This document shows positions 61,018-64,000 of a stretch of DNA of 64,000 nucleotides, one piece after another; positions within the stretch are counted from its first letter, which is position 1; every line of letters begins with the position of its first letter. The position numbers and the translations under genes were made by a program. The stretch lies in NCBI GenBank assembly GCA_051362555.1, contig CM120640.1, positions 61,358,788 through 61,422,787 of the forward strand, written 5' to 3'. This DNA is from Lingula anatina (Eukaryota > Animalia > Brachiopoda). The notes below the pieces were generated by a model that was given only the letters and a program-made list of their open reading frames with translations, did not search any database and had not been told where the DNA came from.

Positions 61018-64000
61018 ATTTTTATTCCATATTATTATAAATATTTCCGTTAATAAACTCTCTGTTCACTTTTCAAAATGTCACAAATCAAAATGTCCGT
61101 CAAACTTTGTTTAATTTTACATTTCATTTTTACACAATACCCATTATCACTTAAGGTACGTCTTTGAGACGACAATATCAATATCTAATAATATTTCGAG
61201 TAAAAATCAAACTGAACAGAAATGTTTTCTTTTCATATGATCTACAAATGAGTAGTTCAGCCCAGCTGCAATAGAACAAGTAAACGATTTTTGACTCTTG
61301 GATGTAGAGTAGGTGTCGGCTTCGACATGATCAACTATTAAATCATCGAATTTAGTGATAATTAGCTTTTGACTCGTTCAGCCGTGATACAATTGAAAAA
61401 GGACAGTAGGCCCTATTATAGGGGTGATCACCTCAAGTTTCCTAGTTAATTGAAAACTCACCAGCATACGCATGCTGTCTCTATAGATGAACTGTTACAG
61501 ATAACGTATGCTCAGAAGAGTTAAATTCCCGTCAGTGCTCCAAAATTTAGAGTGAGAGATAATCGTCTAGGTAATTTTTTGGTTCATTATGTCAATAAGT
61601 CACCTTTGGATTTGATTTCATTTACCAGATGAATTCTGAATTTTGTATTATGCAGCCATGCAATACACCAGGGTGAAGTACAATTTAAACGAATAAAGTT
61701 TTGCGTCTTAAATTTTAAAAACGCAACCTCCAATTATCAACCCAAGGGTTTTGCGAATTTTTTTTTAGTCAAATCATTATTCTAAACCATGAAAATGACT
61801 GTAATAGTACTTAAAATGTCTCATGTATAACATACCGCACCAGCATTACCAGAGTTTACTCTTAAGGTTACTATTTGAATTAATCATTTTCCTCTACAGC
61901 TCTTTCATTAATATTTGCAAGCTGCTTTTCTGGATGTGCCTATAATCCCATGCGCAAATTCTTCACAAATACCAAGAGCGCCTCGTCACCGTTGAGAATG
62001 CTATTTTTTTTCTGGGGAACGTTTCAATATAAGTGGCTAGTTTCCAAACATTTTATGACCCATGGTGAGAGAAATGTTCGTTTTATTTTATGGGAGACAT
62101 TTTTCGAGAAATGTCAATGGAAGAGCTGTTTGTGTGTGTCCTCATTTGGACTATCAGGTGAAGAATTGCCAACCACATTGACGAGCTTATTCGGAATCAG
62201 TAAACTGCTTTGTCAAGTAGCCAATATTTGTTCATTTCAAAGAGGTCTTTCCATTTTTGTGTTCAAAATTATGATAAAAACAGAAACACTTATCATCCAT
62301 TAGTCAAAGAGTTGTCTTGGTCTTGCCCTACACACTTCAAACAGTTTCCAATTCCCAATAATAGGCTATAACATCCATTATGAGGACATTAAAAAATAAC
62401 AACGCACTTGACTATATGATAGGCTACGATTAACTTACTATAAGTAGAGCAATGATCTTTTTTTCAAGAACACAAGAATTAAAGTAATAACAGTTTAGAA
62501 AGTACATGCACCACCATTGCTCATCACTTATCCCTTAAAAACCCATAGGCCAGTCAAAACATTTTAAAGGTATATCATATAATGAAAAAAAGAATGTAGC
62601 AGGAACTTGGAGAAGCGCCCCGGGAAAGTCTTAAAGAGCAGACTCGTGACCCGCTAAAAAATCTGAGGAATACCTGGCGGTGCTCCATTACAGAGGCAGA
62701 TGATACATTGTCCTGGAGTATTGCGAGGGTCTTAAAGGAGTTATGTCACTCGCACCTTTTTCAATACAGATACTTGGGTAGCATTGTTAAAGTTTTGTCT
62801 GCCTGTGATTGGCAACAGCGTAAGGTCTTCATCAATTTTATATTAAATGATGTACATACATCTATCTCATATAACATTATTTTGTGAAAACTGCACGCAT
62901 GAAACCATGGGTCAATAGCATACCGAACATAAGGCAACAAAGTCAAAAGGTGCATTTTTGTCTTAGTTTCTTTGAACTGAGAACTTCACACATATACAGG
63001 AGTCCTAAATTTTACCTGTCAGTAACATAAGTGTACAGTTTACAAACAACAAAATAACAACATTATAAAGAACATTAATTAAAAAGAAAGAGACGAACTC
63101 AGACATCATTTTTCAAGATGATCTCCCGGCCAAGACCCCCTATCAACAACCTCAAGAAGGCTGGTGGGCTATAAATATATCTCCGGCGATTTCTCTTGCA
63201 CTCATCACTTCGGTTTCCTATCCGTTTGCCTCCATTACCAAGGCGTAAAATCATTCCCGTATTTGCCTAGTTAATTGGACTTATTTATTTTTCCGAAGCT
63301 TCTGCCTGAAGTGTTTGTTGTAAAGTATAAGACAGTGTATACGATACCCAGGATTACTTTACCATATCTTCGGAGCGGTAAGAGCGAAACAGTTGCTCAG
63401 GCAACCACATGTTAGAAGTGCACAGTTTTGTACAGCAATGCGGGATCAGTAGCTGAAGGGATATAAGAGTGCTTAAGACACAGTCAGCGGTCTCGTCGAA
63501 AGGAAATTCCGTGCAGCGAATAGCGATTATCAACCAATGAACAAGAGAGAAAGTTGAATAAACGCTCCAAGTTTACCTTTCTAGCAGGTGAAACGCGTGA
63601 AAAGCGATAACATAATTTTGGGAACATACAGAAAATAAGAACGCGATCGAAAAAACAACGTACCAGGTTGTGTTTCTTAGACATTAACAACATGAGCTAA
63701 CGTATTCGTGCGCAGAAGTTTCTTTCGTGGGATAAATAAAGGTAAGAAAAATGACAATGAGAAATGAGCATGCTTTAATATGAACTCCAAAATGTTTCCA
63801 TGTACACTTCCATATGAATGTTACCATAATATAACCTCTTTATACGGTGTAGCGGTTTTACAGGTGTCTAAGGTCATTTGCTGCTGTCTAGCAATAAGGT
63901 GAAAATGTAGCAGGTCTTCCCCATGCGAGGTTTATTTAGATGTACGTCAACACATATTCTCCAAAATAAATATTGCCGATGTACCTCACCAATGATCGTG

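Noticed and set aside
61950-62303. 117-aa ORF
   Set aside because: No recognisable domain, no convincing splice context, and composition typical of random AT-rich sequence

Overview
AT-rich metazoan genomic DNA, probably an invertebrate with mollusc-like repeat families (taxon is inference only). It holds three protein-coding genes, assembled by hand from GT-AG splice sites. (1) MTO1 (mitochondrial tRNA U34 modification enzyme, GidA/MnmG family) on the minus strand: 16 coding exons, 40473->1647, phase-consistent, 663 aa. (2) An intronless class A orphan GPCR ORF (28193-29458, +) nested antisense inside MTO1's ~26 kb intron, with non-canonical EAY and TPILF motifs. (3) A tyrosylprotein sulfotransferase (TPST; 53501-57855, +, two coding exons, 339 aa) arranged head-to-head with MTO1. 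The introns carry non-autonomous elements. Two Helentron/HINE-like families hold internal 146-bp or 159-bp tandem arrays, and the 146-bp unit carries a perfect DR1 nuclear-receptor motif. A 337-bp TTAA MITE is inserted independently into both families, one copy is a family A/B chimera, and there is a TTA-flanked 910-bp MITE. No prokaryotic system, CRISPR array or RNA gene could be supported. The best leads are the nested atypical GPCR and the modular, nested, motif-rich HINE system.
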